Notes under the pieces: generated by a model | Told to the model about the DNA's origin: nothing | The model's input: only the letters and a program-made list of their open reading frames with translations | The model's database searches: none | Origin: a virus | Reading direction: 5' to 3' (one strand) | IMG/VR virus record: IMGVR_UViG_3300044981_000387 | Coordinates: 32,001 to 96,000 of that record | Length of the DNA stretch: 64,000 nucleotides | Shown: positions 34,650 to 44,241 of the stretch, piece after piece | Position numbering within the stretch: position 1 is the first letter of the stretch | Layout: each line of letters opens with the position of its first letter | Position numbers and translations under genes: made by a program

Positions 34650-35225
34650 TTAGGCCCTACGGGTTGTCACCGTTGGCTGTAAACGAGCCACCATATCACG
34701 AATGCCATCCTTAAAATTACCGGGGATAGTAGATTTTTGTGCAATTTGTCCAGTAGGATTGATGGTGGATAAATTAGCTAACTCAGGGGATTGTAATAGA
34801 TAAGGAATCATCTGTGAAACCTGATCGGCAGTTAAGGCTTGAGTAAAAGCCTGCCCCGCGTTCAATAAGGTTTTGTATACCTTCAGAAAGAAGACTAATA
34901 GATTTTTTTGATCAGGAGAAGTAAAAGAGCTGGGATCAAATTGAAAGTTCTGATTCCTTAATGTCTGCAAGTTATATTGTCCATTGGTAGCAATATTAGC
35001 TGCTGAACTTAAACTTCTTACTAAACTCTCAATAATAGCCACTCTGGCTGAATCCCAACCCACCCTAATGCTAGGATATAAAGAAGAAGCTAAAGGAGAC
35101 GGATCTGGAGCCACCGCCGCATTAGTAGTAGTGTTAGGCGTGGCAGTGCTGGTAGTCGGATCAGAAGGAACCGTTTGAGCAATTTTTTGCAATATTTTCA
35201 AGCGAACTTTAGCTAGGGACATCAA
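34650..35225 (-). CDS. hypothetical protein with KILQKIAQ leader (possible virion protein)
   Basis: 191-aa ORF, Thr/Pro-rich after the leader. Confidence 0.65.
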   Translation of the reverse strand: MMSLAKVRLKILQKIAQTVPSDPTTSTATPNTTTNAAVAPDPSPLASSLYPSIRVGWDSARVAIIESLVRSLSSAANIATNGQYNLQTLRNQNFQFDPSSFTSPDQKNLLVFFLKVYKTLLNAGQAFTQALTADQVSQMIPYLLQSPELANLSTINPTGQIAQKSTIPGNFKDGIRDMVARLQPTVTTRRA

Positions 35226-35272
35226 GTATATGCTAAAAGTTTGGCATCTTCAGGTAGTAAGAAAGGTTAAGA

Positions 35273-36715
35273 ATGTTTGCTGGTAATTACATTGCCTGGA
35301 ATCAGACCAGAATTAAAGCTATTGTAGAGTATTATGGTCACCAATTCTTCTTTGGTAAAAAAGTTCTAGATTTGGGCTGTGGACATGGTGATATCAGCGG
35401 AGTCTTACATCGTTTAGGCGCAGACGTCACAGCCGTAGATGCTCGTCAAGAACACCTCAAAACTGTATCTCAAAAGTATAATGGCGTTAAAACCGTTAAG
35501 GCAGATTTGGATCAGCCCTGGCCCTTTTTTGGTAAAACTTTTGATCTGACTTTGGATTTGGGCCTTTTATGTCATCTTAACAATTTTCGCTTATACGACC
35601 ACTTAAAAGCCGTATGTGCATGTAGCAACTATTTGATTTTAGAAACTGCCGTCTTGGATTCCAATGATCCAGAAGCTTGCATCGTTAAACCAGATAATAA
35701 AAATAACTATGAGGACTCTTTTAACGGTTTTAGCAGCCAAATGTCCGCCGCTAATATTGAACGCCTACTTACCCAATATGGGATGAACTTCCAGCGTTTA
35801 GATCAAACTAAGTTTAACTCTCCTCCTTACTCCTATGACTGGCATAGTAAAAATGACAATTCTTTTGATATCAATAAGCGCCGCATTTGGTTTTGCATTA
35901 AAAATGGCACCCAACATCAAAACACCAATCCACCAGCCAATGTTTTACCTGCTATTCATGGTGGCACCTTTTCTCCTCATCTGACTGATTCTAAAATACC
36001 AGTTAGTCATCAGAAGATGATGACCACCGCTTCTGCTGCCCCTCCTAACGTTCATACGCCACCTCTGCCACCAGTGGCTGTGTTTGCTGCTACTTTGGCC
36101 CATCAACCTGTCCCGCGAGTCCCACATATAGCAATTACATCACCGCCCCCAATTAAGATAAGACTATTTTATAATTATTATGAAGATAGTCATTGGCATA
36201 GAAAAAATGAAATAGATATGTGTCTACGAAATAATATTGATAACCCATTACTAGATATCATTATCGTGGAATCGGAAACTAATCCTACTTTTGATTTTAT
36301 GTTTGATAAAGTTAATAAATTAACAGGGCCCAATGATATTAACATTATTTGTAATACAGATATCTTTTTTGATGACACCATTGCCCTAGTATCTAGAATG
36401 CAAGATAAAGAGGCTTATGCCCTAGGTCGTTGGGATTGGACTACCATTAAAATTAGCAATTTAGTTGATAATAATTCTATCCAAAATGCCTGGATCATCA
36501 AAGGTAAAGTAGAAAATGTGATGGGCAATTTCTCAATGGGTAAGCCGGGAAGTGATGGCAGAATCGCCTACGAACTACAAAAAGCGGGATATAAAGTTAG
36601 CAACCCAAGCAAGTCTATTAAAGCCTATCATGTCCACAATAGTAATATTAGACATTATACGGAAAATGATAGAATACAAGGGGAATATTTATCTGTTCCC
36701 ATCATGAGTTTATAA
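35273..36715 (+). CDS. class I SAM methyltransferase fused via a Pro-rich linker to a glycosyltransferase-like domain
   Basis: VLDLGCGHG, AVDAR, LILETAV; C-terminal NIICNTDIFFD...YALGRW...HVH. Confidence 0.8.
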   Translation: MFAGNYIAWNQTRIKAIVEYYGHQFFFGKKVLDLGCGHGDISGVLHRLGADVTAVDARQEHLKTVSQKYNGVKTVKADLDQPWPFFGKTFDLTLDLGLLCHLNNFRLYDHLKAVCACSNYLILETAVLDSNDPEACIVKPDNKNNYEDSFNGFSSQMSAANIERLLTQYGMNFQRLDQTKFNSPPYSYDWHSKNDNSFDINKRRIWFCIKNGTQHQNTNPPANVLPAIHGGTFSPHLTDSKIPVSHQKMMTTASAAPPNVHTPPLPPVAVFAATLAHQPVPRVPHIAITSPPPIKIRLFYNYYEDSHWHRKNEIDMCLRNNIDNPLLDIIIVESETNPTFDFMFDKVNKLTGPNDINIICNTDIFFDDTIALVSRMQDKEAYALGRWDWTTIKISNLVDNNSIQNAWIIKGKVENVMGNFSMGKPGSDGRIAYELQKAGYKVSNPSKSIKAYHVHNSNIRHYTENDRIQGEYLSVPIMSL

Positions 36716-36721
36716 GATAAA

Positions 36722-37387
36722 ATGTTATACAACACCACTCACAATTTAACAAAAATTATAGAGCCGCCTACTCAAGAAGATATTTACAACTGCCCTCATT
36801 ATTTTGGAATGAGCTATGAGCAGGTCAAAACTTCGGGAGCACCACAATTTCTTATCGATCTGCTAGACCAATTTCCTTTTGATGGACGCAAGAATATTTT
36901 ACAAATTAGACCACAAGATTTTAGAGCAAGCAATACGCCCATTGATGGTAGACACTGGCACACCGATTACAATGTTAGATTGCTGGATAAAGAAGGCAAT
37001 CAAAACAAAGTTTATGCCAATGGTCATGACGATTTTCACTTAATGGTTATTTCTTGGGGTGCCGGCTGTAGCACGGAGTTTATTAATACTCCATTTGAGT
37101 TGCCAGATAACTTAGCCCACAAAAATACTAAAGAAGATTGGGAGAACTGGGACAACGCCCTTCGTGCGCGTTTGCTACAACCCCATGAAGTAATTAGTGC
37201 TCCCAAAAACCAAATGATAGAATACACTTCTCGAGACTTACATCGTGCTGATGGTATTATGCACTCTCAAGGGCTTAGGTTAATGATTGTGGCTTTTGAT
37301 TGTGATGATATCGATGGCACAGTTAGGATTCTACCATCCATCAAGGAAATAGATAATGGGGCATCCGTTCCCACTTATTCAAGGTAA
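36722..37387 (+). CDS. putative 2OG-Fe(II) dioxygenase
   Basis: WHTD ... TEF ... LHRA ... RLMI (HxD...H...R arrangement). Confidence 0.6.
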   Translation: MLYNTTHNLTKIIEPPTQEDIYNCPHYFGMSYEQVKTSGAPQFLIDLLDQFPFDGRKNILQIRPQDFRASNTPIDGRHWHTDYNVRLLDKEGNQNKVYANGHDDFHLMVISWGAGCSTEFINTPFELPDNLAHKNTKEDWENWDNALRARLLQPHEVISAPKNQMIEYTSRDLHRADGIMHSQGLRLMIVAFDCDDIDGTVRILPSIKEIDNGASVPTYSR

Positions 37388-37399
37388 GGATTATGTAAG

Positions 37400-38026
37400 A
37401 TGAAAAACATTTGTATATTTGGATCGGGAGGTTTCGCTAAAGAAGTTTTTTGGTTAGCACATCAGGCAGGTAAAGATGTGGAAGCATTTATCGATATTCA
37501 GGCGGGCGGCTTTTGCTGCAGAACCAAAATTGAGAATGAAGGTTATTTTGATCCGGAAAAACATTTAGCAATAGTAGGTGTGGGTAATCCCAAAGTTCGT
37601 GAGAAAATTGTTAATGGTATCATCGAACAACATGGTGAAAATGTCTTTGCTACAATTATTTCTCCCAGCGCTAATATTATTAGCTATAGCACCATTAAAA
37701 TTGGTAAAGGTTCAGTTATTTGTGCTAATTGCATCTTGACTTGTGATATTGAATTAGGAGACTTCTCGCAACTCAATTTATCCACTACTATTGGTCATGA
37801 TACTAAAACTGGCAAGTTTTTTACTACCGCTCCCGGAGTTCATATTAGTGGTAAGGTAATAACTGGTGAAAGAGTTTATTTTGGCACTAATGCCTGTTCT
37901 ATCGAAGATATCAATATTTGTGATGATGTTACTATTGGAGCGGCTGCCTGTGTATCAAAAGACATAATAGATAGCGGGATCTATGTTGGTGTGCCTGCTA
38001 AAAAATTGGAGAAGAAAAATGGCTGA
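37400..38026 (+). CDS. sugar O/N-acetyltransferase, NeuD/PglD/PerB family (left-handed beta-helix)
   Basis: IFGSGGFAKEV, GVGNPKVREK, hexapeptide repeats, TIGHD, YVGVPAK. Confidence 0.9.
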   Translation: MKNICIFGSGGFAKEVFWLAHQAGKDVEAFIDIQAGGFCCRTKIENEGYFDPEKHLAIVGVGNPKVREKIVNGIIEQHGENVFATIISPSANIISYSTIKIGKGSVICANCILTCDIELGDFSQLNLSTTIGHDTKTGKFFTTAPGVHISGKVITGERVYFGTNACSIEDINICDDVTIGAAACVSKDIIDSGIYVGVPAKKLEKKNG

Positions 38027-38324
38027 TACAATCGGATCCCTAATAGATAAGCTGGCTACGATCAATCAAAAAATGTTTATGGCTCAAGAAGAGTTATATG
38101 TCGTTAGAAAGATGAACCTAGAAGAGTTTAAGGCGGCTTTTGGCACGGATGAGGGCTTACAAAAGCTTCATAGTTACTTTAAGAAGTCAATGGATCTAAA
38201 TGTTCAGAGACAGGCTATGATTCTAGAAGTAGATAAAAAAATTGCCGAAATTGTGGCAGCTGCCGTTAAAGGCGAAGACTTAAACAACGGTGCTTTTATT
38301 CAAGACCAACATAAGACATACTAA
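38019..38324 (+). CDS. hypothetical protein (DUF4254-like)
   Basis: MADTIGSLIDKLATINQKMF motif; start at 38019. Confidence 0.55.
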   Translation: MADTIGSLIDKLATINQKMFMAQEELYVVRKMNLEEFKAAFGTDEGLQKLHSYFKKSMDLNVQRQAMILEVDKKIAEIVAAAVKGEDLNNGAFIQDQHKTY

Positions 38325-38326
38325 TT

Positions 38327-39178
38327 ATGAGAATATTAAATATTGGCGGGATACCAACCTCTTTAGGTGAAGCAATCAATTATAAATATCATTTAGATTT
38401 GGTTAAGCATAACTATGATCAAATATTATTGAACTTTCATCTTCCATTGCTTGAATATGGTTTACATACCAACACAGTTGATTGGGTAATTAAAAAACAG
38501 TTATGGGAAAAATATTTGCATGATATAGGTCAATTATTTTTCTCTGAACCACCATATTCTCTAATAGCGGGGACACAAACTTTTTGTGGCGATCTAAATG
38601 GTTTAATAAAAAAAATAGGCGTGACTCCACGTAAACCAGATTTAGGGCACCTATTATGTAAAGGCACCTCTCTTAATTTAGGAGAAGATTATATAGTTAT
38701 TACCACTAAGGCCAGAGAAGTAAGTCGCAAAACATTTTTTCCACTATCTATTCAATTATGGAGTATTCTTAAGTGCCTATCTAATAAGTATAAAATAGTG
38801 ATACTTGGAGAAAAATTGGTAGAGATGAGAAAAGAATATATAATGTATAATAATGAAATATTTGGAATATATGAACACATTATTGCCAATATACCGGGTG
38901 ATCGAATAGTAGATTTAACGGTTCCAGCCTTAGGAGAAACCGTTGCAGCCCTAAAAGATATTCAACAAGACTGCTTAATAATGAAGGAGGCAAAGTTTAC
39001 TATTTCTATTGGTATAGGTGGTAATTGTTGTTTGTCATGCGCATCATCTGGTATGGCAATTGGTTATAGAAATGACAATAATAAATTGGCAGATACTATT
39101 TATAATAAAGAATATTCTAATGCTGTAATCACCAAAGATTGGAACCGTTTTATAAAAACATTAGAGAGGTATCTATGA
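38327..39178 (+). CDS. hypothetical protein, possible GT-B glycosyltransferase (paralog of 42640-43464)
   Basis: shared TTKxR, DLxxPALG, QQDCLIMKEA and IGGN motifs. Confidence 0.55.
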   Translation: MRILNIGGIPTSLGEAINYKYHLDLVKHNYDQILLNFHLPLLEYGLHTNTVDWVIKKQLWEKYLHDIGQLFFSEPPYSLIAGTQTFCGDLNGLIKKIGVTPRKPDLGHLLCKGTSLNLGEDYIVITTKAREVSRKTFFPLSIQLWSILKCLSNKYKIVILGEKLVEMRKEYIMYNNEIFGIYEHIIANIPGDRIVDLTVPALGETVAALKDIQQDCLIMKEAKFTISIGIGGNCCLSCASSGMAIGYRNDNNKLADTIYNKEYSNAVITKDWNRFIKTLERYL

Positions 39179-40287
39179 TTCCTATTTATCAGCCCTACTT
39201 ACCTGTTAGCTGTCTAAACTTTGCGCATGATGCCTTAGACTCCACCTGGCTCTCTTCACAGGGTAAATACATCCCCATGGTAACGGAGAAATTGCAAGAG
39301 CTGCTCGGAGTCAAGTATGTGCTACCCGTCAATAACGGCACTTCTGCGTGCCACCTGGTAGCCAAGTGTGTGGCTGAAAAAAAGCACCTATCCGAAGTCA
39401 TTGTTCCCAACAATGTCTATGTAGCTGCCTGGAACGCCTTCTTGTTTGACTTTAACTACGACCTATTTGCCATTGATGCCGACCTAACTACTTGGAATAT
39501 AGATTTACAAGAACTAGATAGGGCCATTTACCAACACCCCCATGCTGCCGTATTGATTGTGCATAATGTCGGCAATATCATTAACGTGCCACAACTACAA
39601 CAAAAATATCCTAATACTGTGTTTGTGGAAGACAACTGCGAAGGCTTTTTAGGCACATATGAGGGCTCACAATCGGGTACCGCCAGCTATGCTTCTGCCA
39701 TCTCCTTCTTCGGCAATAAAAACATTACCTGTGGGGAGGGCGGGGCATTCCTGACTAACGATGAAGAAGCTTATCATTTTGCTAAAACTACTCATGCCCA
39801 AGGCCAGTCTACTCAAAGATTCGTGCATGACAAGCTGGGCTATAATTTCAGGATAACCAATATACAAGCAGCAATTTTATATGGACAATTACAAATATTA
39901 CCTGATATTTTAGATATGAAAGAAAAAATATTTGATAAATATCGACAGGTCTTAAAAAATAGAGAAGATATCCTAATACAATCATCGCCACCTAATACCC
40001 AGCATGCTAATTGGATGATGGGCATCAGGATTCCTGGCCACAAAAATTATCAAAATGCCGAGTTATATTTTAAGTCGAATGGTGTGGAAATACGACCTAT
40101 GTTCTATCCTATTTCTGCTCATAAATATCTTAACAATAACTATATAGTATCTTGGACAAATTGTAATAATGCCACATTACTTAATAATGAGTGTTTTATT
40201 CTACCAAGTTATCCGGGTTTAACTTCCAAAGAACAATCACACATCTTAAAAACTTTGGAAGATTATCTAATAACTGTGGAGAGATAA
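39175..40287 (+). CDS. DegT/DnrJ/EryC1/StrS PLP aminotransferase (perosamine synthase-like)
   Basis: NNGTSACHL, EDNCEG, SFFGNKNITCGEGG (PLP Lys), GYNFRITNIQAA. Confidence 0.92.
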   Translation: MIPIYQPYLPVSCLNFAHDALDSTWLSSQGKYIPMVTEKLQELLGVKYVLPVNNGTSACHLVAKCVAEKKHLSEVIVPNNVYVAAWNAFLFDFNYDLFAIDADLTTWNIDLQELDRAIYQHPHAAVLIVHNVGNIINVPQLQQKYPNTVFVEDNCEGFLGTYEGSQSGTASYASAISFFGNKNITCGEGGAFLTNDEEAYHFAKTTHAQGQSTQRFVHDKLGYNFRITNIQAAILYGQLQILPDILDMKEKIFDKYRQVLKNREDILIQSSPPNTQHANWMMGIRIPGHKNYQNAELYFKSNGVEIRPMFYPISAHKYLNNNYIVSWTNCNNATLLNNECFILPSYPGLTSKEQSHILKTLEDYLITVER

Positions 40288-40955
40288 TGGAATCTGAAAA
40301 GATATTTGAGGCAGTTTGTGATCCAAAAAATATTGATTTTGTTAAAAACATCATTAATGTAATGGAGCCAGATCTTGTCATAGGGCCACACCTAATGAAT
40401 ATTCTAAATAAAAATCAAGCAGAAACGCGAGGATTTGTTGCTTGGGCAGCCAAATATCTTCAACCAAAAAACTATTTAGAAATAGGCATTAGAACTGGAT
40501 GGTCAATGGCTATGGTCGCTGTCGCAGCCCCACAATGTGCACTATATGGTTTTGATAATTGGGAAACCAATTATGCTGGCTCTCCTAATCCAGGTCCTAA
40601 TTTTGTTGCAAAAGAAATGAAAAAATTAGGATATCAAAAAGAGATTCATTTCATTGATGGAGATAGTCATCAAACTGTTCCAGAGTTTTTTAGAATCAAT
40701 CCTTCTATGGAGTTTGATCTGATCTTGGTTGATGGTGATCACTCTGATACGGGCGCTTTAGATGATCTGAAAAATACCATGCCACATGTCAAAATAGGTG
40801 GCATATTACTATTTGATGACATCGTATTAAATCCCAATCATGGTGGTCATTTAGACCAAGTTTTTAAGAACATACAGGTGTTATATCCTAATTTTGAGTA
40901 TCATGCTTTTACCAAAAATGATCCTGGAGTCGGTATCGCCATCAAAATTAAATAA
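40287..40955 (+). CDS. class I SAM methyltransferase (Methyltransf_24-like)
   Basis: YLEIGIRTGWS, GDS, DLILVDGDH, GGILLFDD. Confidence 0.85.
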   Translation: MESEKIFEAVCDPKNIDFVKNIINVMEPDLVIGPHLMNILNKNQAETRGFVAWAAKYLQPKNYLEIGIRTGWSMAMVAVAAPQCALYGFDNWETNYAGSPNPGPNFVAKEMKKLGYQKEIHFIDGDSHQTVPEFFRINPSMEFDLILVDGDHSDTGALDDLKNTMPHVKIGGILLFDDIVLNPNHGGHLDQVFKNIQVLYPNFEYHAFTKNDPGVGIAIKIK

Positions 40956-40956
40956 T

Positions 40957-41655
40957 ATGCTACATAAAATTATATGTCCAATTTGTCAGTATCAAGAGGA
41001 GGGATTTAAGACTCTCGAAAGTGATTGTATTTTTATACCTATTGAAGGTTTGGATCAACATTTAATAAGATATCAATGTCCTAACTGTGATGTTATTTTT
41101 GGGACTCAGCAAATGTTGGGTTTATCCAAATATGAACTAAAAAATGCATATCAAAAACTTTTTGACAGTGGACATAAAGATGGGGATGAAAATAGCGTCA
41201 AGTGTGAAATAAATAATTTATTAATTCTTAATCCAAACTCAAATAGAGTATATCTTAATTGGGGAGCAGGAACATCGGTAGCTAGTGACAAAGCGAAACT
41301 ACTAGGCTTTACTTTGTTAAACTTTGATCCATTTGTAATAGATTCTTCTAAATATATTAGTAAAGATCAATTAAAAAATACTAAGTTTGACGGCATAATT
41401 TCACACAATGTTCTAGAACATTTGCAGGATCCGATATCCGAACTAGAGCTTATGAAGTCTTTTCTAAAACCTGAAGCAAGTATGATTCACTCTACCCCAT
41501 GTTATAGGTATAGCTATGAGTATACAAAATATCATTTATTCTTTTTTGAAGGACGATCCTTGGATGTTATTTGTGAAAAAACTAAATTAACATATAAATA
41601 TATGGACTCTTTCATGGGAACTTACGTAGTTAAATATGATATAAAGAAAGAATAA
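40957..41655 (+). CDS. class I SAM methyltransferase with N-terminal zinc ribbon
   Basis: CPIC...CPNC, LNWGAG, FDGIISHNVLEHLQDP. Confidence 0.8.
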   Translation: MLHKIICPICQYQEEGFKTLESDCIFIPIEGLDQHLIRYQCPNCDVIFGTQQMLGLSKYELKNAYQKLFDSGHKDGDENSVKCEINNLLILNPNSNRVYLNWGAGTSVASDKAKLLGFTLLNFDPFVIDSSKYISKDQLKNTKFDGIISHNVLEHLQDPISELELMKSFLKPEASMIHSTPCYRYSYEYTKYHLFFFEGRSLDVICEKTKLTYKYMDSFMGTYVVKYDIKKE

Positions 41656-41656
41656 A

Positions 41657-42643
41657 ATGAAGACTGCATGTATAACTGGCATTACGGGACAAACAGGATC
41701 GTACCTGGCTGATCTTTTGTTAGATAAAGGTTATGTAGTTCATGGCCTGAAACGACGTAGTAGTGTCTTCAATACTGAGCGTATTGATCATATTAAGAAT
41801 GGTAATCTGAAATTATACTACGGCGACTTAACCGATTATTCCTCCTTGGTAAGTTGGATATCTGATATTAAACCAGATCTCTTTTTCAATATGGCAGCTC
41901 AAAGCCACGTTAAAATTAGCTTTGATGTTCCAGAATATACTATGGACGTAACTGGGGTAGGCGTCATGCGTGTGTTAGAGGCCATTCGTAAAAATAGTGC
42001 CAACACCAGATTTTTAACTGCTTCTTCTAGTGAAATGTTTGGTTCCACCCCACCTCCACAGAATGAATTAACGCCCTTCCATCCAAGAAGCCCCTATGGT
42101 ATTGCTAAAATAGCTGGATACTATACTTGTATCAATTATCGTGAAGCCTATAATATCCATGCTTGTAATGCTATCTCCTTCAATCATGAGAGTCCTCGAC
42201 GCGGTGAAAACTTTGTCACTCGTAAGATTACTCGTGCTGCTACTCGAATCAAATTGGGTTTGCAAGATAAAGTGGTGTTAGGCAATCTGAGTGCTAAGCG
42301 AGACTGGTCACATGCGGCTGATGTCGCTGAGGCTATGTATCGAATTATCACCGCTCCAACTCCTGATGATTATGTAGTAGCTAGTGGAGAGATGCACTCG
42401 GTAGAAGAGTTTGCGCAGTTGGTATTCAGCAAACTAGAGCTTAATTATTTAGACTATATAGAGTTTGATGCCAGCTATCTACGCCCCACCGAAGTAGATG
42501 CTTTATGTGGTGATGCGTCTAAGTTAAGAAACAATCTGGGTTGGAGACCACAATATAATTTCCAACAGTTAATTGATGAAATGGTGGATGCTGATATGGA
42601 GTTAGCTAAAAAAGAGAAATTACTTCAGGACAGCTCCAAGTGA
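41657..42643 (+). CDS. gmd: GDP-mannose 4,6-dehydratase
   Basis: ITGITGQTGSYLA, LKRRSS, AAQSHVKISF, YGIAK, NHESPRRGENFVTRKIT, RDWSHA. Confidence 0.96.
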   Translation: MKTACITGITGQTGSYLADLLLDKGYVVHGLKRRSSVFNTERIDHIKNGNLKLYYGDLTDYSSLVSWISDIKPDLFFNMAAQSHVKISFDVPEYTMDVTGVGVMRVLEAIRKNSANTRFLTASSSEMFGSTPPPQNELTPFHPRSPYGIAKIAGYYTCINYREAYNIHACNAISFNHESPRRGENFVTRKITRAATRIKLGLQDKVVLGNLSAKRDWSHAADVAEAMYRIITAPTPDDYVVASGEMHSVEEFAQLVFSKLELNYLDYIEFDASYLRPTEVDALCGDASKLRNNLGWRPQYNFQQLIDEMVDADMELAKKEKLLQDSSK

Positions 42644-43464
42644 AGAAACAAATAGGCATGGACATCAATGTGGGAATTGGTGATCACTTATTCTTGCGCA
42701 TCTTTATGGATGGCATTAAAGATCAATATGACAAAATTGCTATCACTCACTCTAAACCAGGAATGGCCTTTTGGCACAACAACGATGCCGCCCGCTGGGA
42801 TTTTAACCTCAAACTAGGTCAGTTGGTTTTTAGTGAGCCTCCCTATGTCCTGGTGCCTAACGCTCGTTTCCCCTTTTATCCCAATGCCAGAATTATCAAT
42901 GAGCTAAACAAGAAGCCGGTCAAACCCAATTTAGATTGCTTATGTGTAGGCACATCGCTTAACATTGATAAATATGTGGTGCTAACTACTAAAGTTAGAC
43001 ACATTGCTGCCCATGACCTTGAGGCAGCTAAAGTTAAGTTAACACCCGCCCTACAGCGCTTAACTAACAAATATATCGTTATTATCTCGGGAGAACGAGA
43101 GGTACAACGTACCAAAGAATATGAGGCAGAATGTAATAAGCTCATAGTGCATGGTCTGTACGATTATTTCGTCAGCGTTTTACCCAAAGAAAGAACCTTA
43201 GATCTCAGTATTCCCGCCTTAGGTGTCACCTGCTCCACCATGCCAAAATTACAACAAGACTGCCTCATCATGAAAGAGGCGGAAGCCGTCATTAACTTTG
43301 GTATTGGCGGCAACCTATGGATCTCTACCTGTGTGGCCAATCGTACTATTGGATGGCATAATGATGCCGACACCACTATGGATTTGATGCAAGGGTATCC
43401 CAATTACCAGGTAACCAGGGACCTAGATCAATTTATTAGTTTCTTGGATAAGCTATCCGAGTAA
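42640..43464 (+). CDS. hypothetical protein, possible GT-B glycosyltransferase (paralog of 38327-39178)
   Basis: GIGDHLF, TTKVR, DLSIPALG, QQDCLIMKEA, GIGGN; GTG start. Confidence 0.55.
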   Translation: MKKQIGMDINVGIGDHLFLRIFMDGIKDQYDKIAITHSKPGMAFWHNNDAARWDFNLKLGQLVFSEPPYVLVPNARFPFYPNARIINELNKKPVKPNLDCLCVGTSLNIDKYVVLTTKVRHIAAHDLEAAKVKLTPALQRLTNKYIVIISGEREVQRTKEYEAECNKLIVHGLYDYFVSVLPKERTLDLSIPALGVTCSTMPKLQQDCLIMKEAEAVINFGIGGNLWISTCVANRTIGWHNDADTTMDLMQGYPNYQVTRDLDQFISFLDKLSE

Positions 43465-44241
43465 AACCTTAGTGGGCTCAATGAAACGAAAAATACTGGT
43501 ATCTTGTTCGATACAAACGCTATCAATGCTCTCAAAATGATGTAATTGGGCGGTAGGTAAATGGGCAGCATCGGCTCTTCCTTTAGCCATCTTAGCATGA
43601 AAATCTTCTAAAGATTTGATAGTATAATGGTTAAGCTGAATAGTCTCCACATTATGAGTTTTACTCCACGCATTAGGAATGCCGGCGAAATCCTCTCCAA
43701 CAGCGAAAAAACCGTGTTGTGGTACAAAATAGTGTGGATTACTGCCAGCACACTGTATTTTAGAAGGTTGGATGATGGCTTTGGTATGTAAGTTCTCTTT
43801 ATAAGAACTAGGACTAGAATGAGTATAGTTTTCTATCACTAATCCTGTTGGACGTGTGATATGACCGCTGGAACCAAAAATAACCCAATTAACTTGCAAG
43901 CTAGAGTAATTACCGAAATTATCTAGCACATCCAAAACAGAATCAGTTTTCTTAGGCACCAAGAACTCATCACAATCGATCATGGCTATCCACTGACTAT
44001 CACCCCCAAATCGGCGCAAACAATCGTTATAAGCGGGCATCTGCTTACTGGGACCAGGGAACTCAATACAGGTGACGTATTGAGCGGCAATCTCTTGAGC
44101 CAGAGTCTCGCGAACTGGTACCGTACTGTCGTTATCATAAATGTAGATATGCTCTACCCCCACCAGACGATGGTAGTTGACCCACTCTCGCAAACCATAC
44201 TGCTCGTTTTTTGCGATACCACAAATTGAGAGCTTATACAT
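43453..44241 (-). CDS. GT-A glycosyltransferase (family 92/2-like)
   Basis: IAKNE...EWVNYH...GVEHIYIYDN, WIAMIDCDEF, KAII, LNHY. Confidence 0.85.
   Translation of the reverse strand: MYKLSICGIAKNEQYGLREWVNYHRLVGVEHIYIYDNDSTVPVRETLAQEIAAQYVTCIEFPGPSKQMPAYNDCLRRFGGDSQWIAMIDCDEFLVPKKTDSVLDVLDNFGNYSSLQVNWVIFGSSGHITRPTGLVIENYTHSSPSSYKENLHTKAIIQPSKIQCAGSNPHYFVPQHGFFAVGEDFAGIPNAWSKTHNVETIQLNHYTIKSLEDFHAKMAKGRADAAHLPTAQLHHFESIDSVCIEQDTSIFRFIEPTKVLLG

Noticed and set aside
43420-43455. Readthrough of the TAG stop of the GT92-like gene
   Set aside because: Any extension runs antisense into a convergent gene and meets another TAG within about 10 codons; the domain is already complete.
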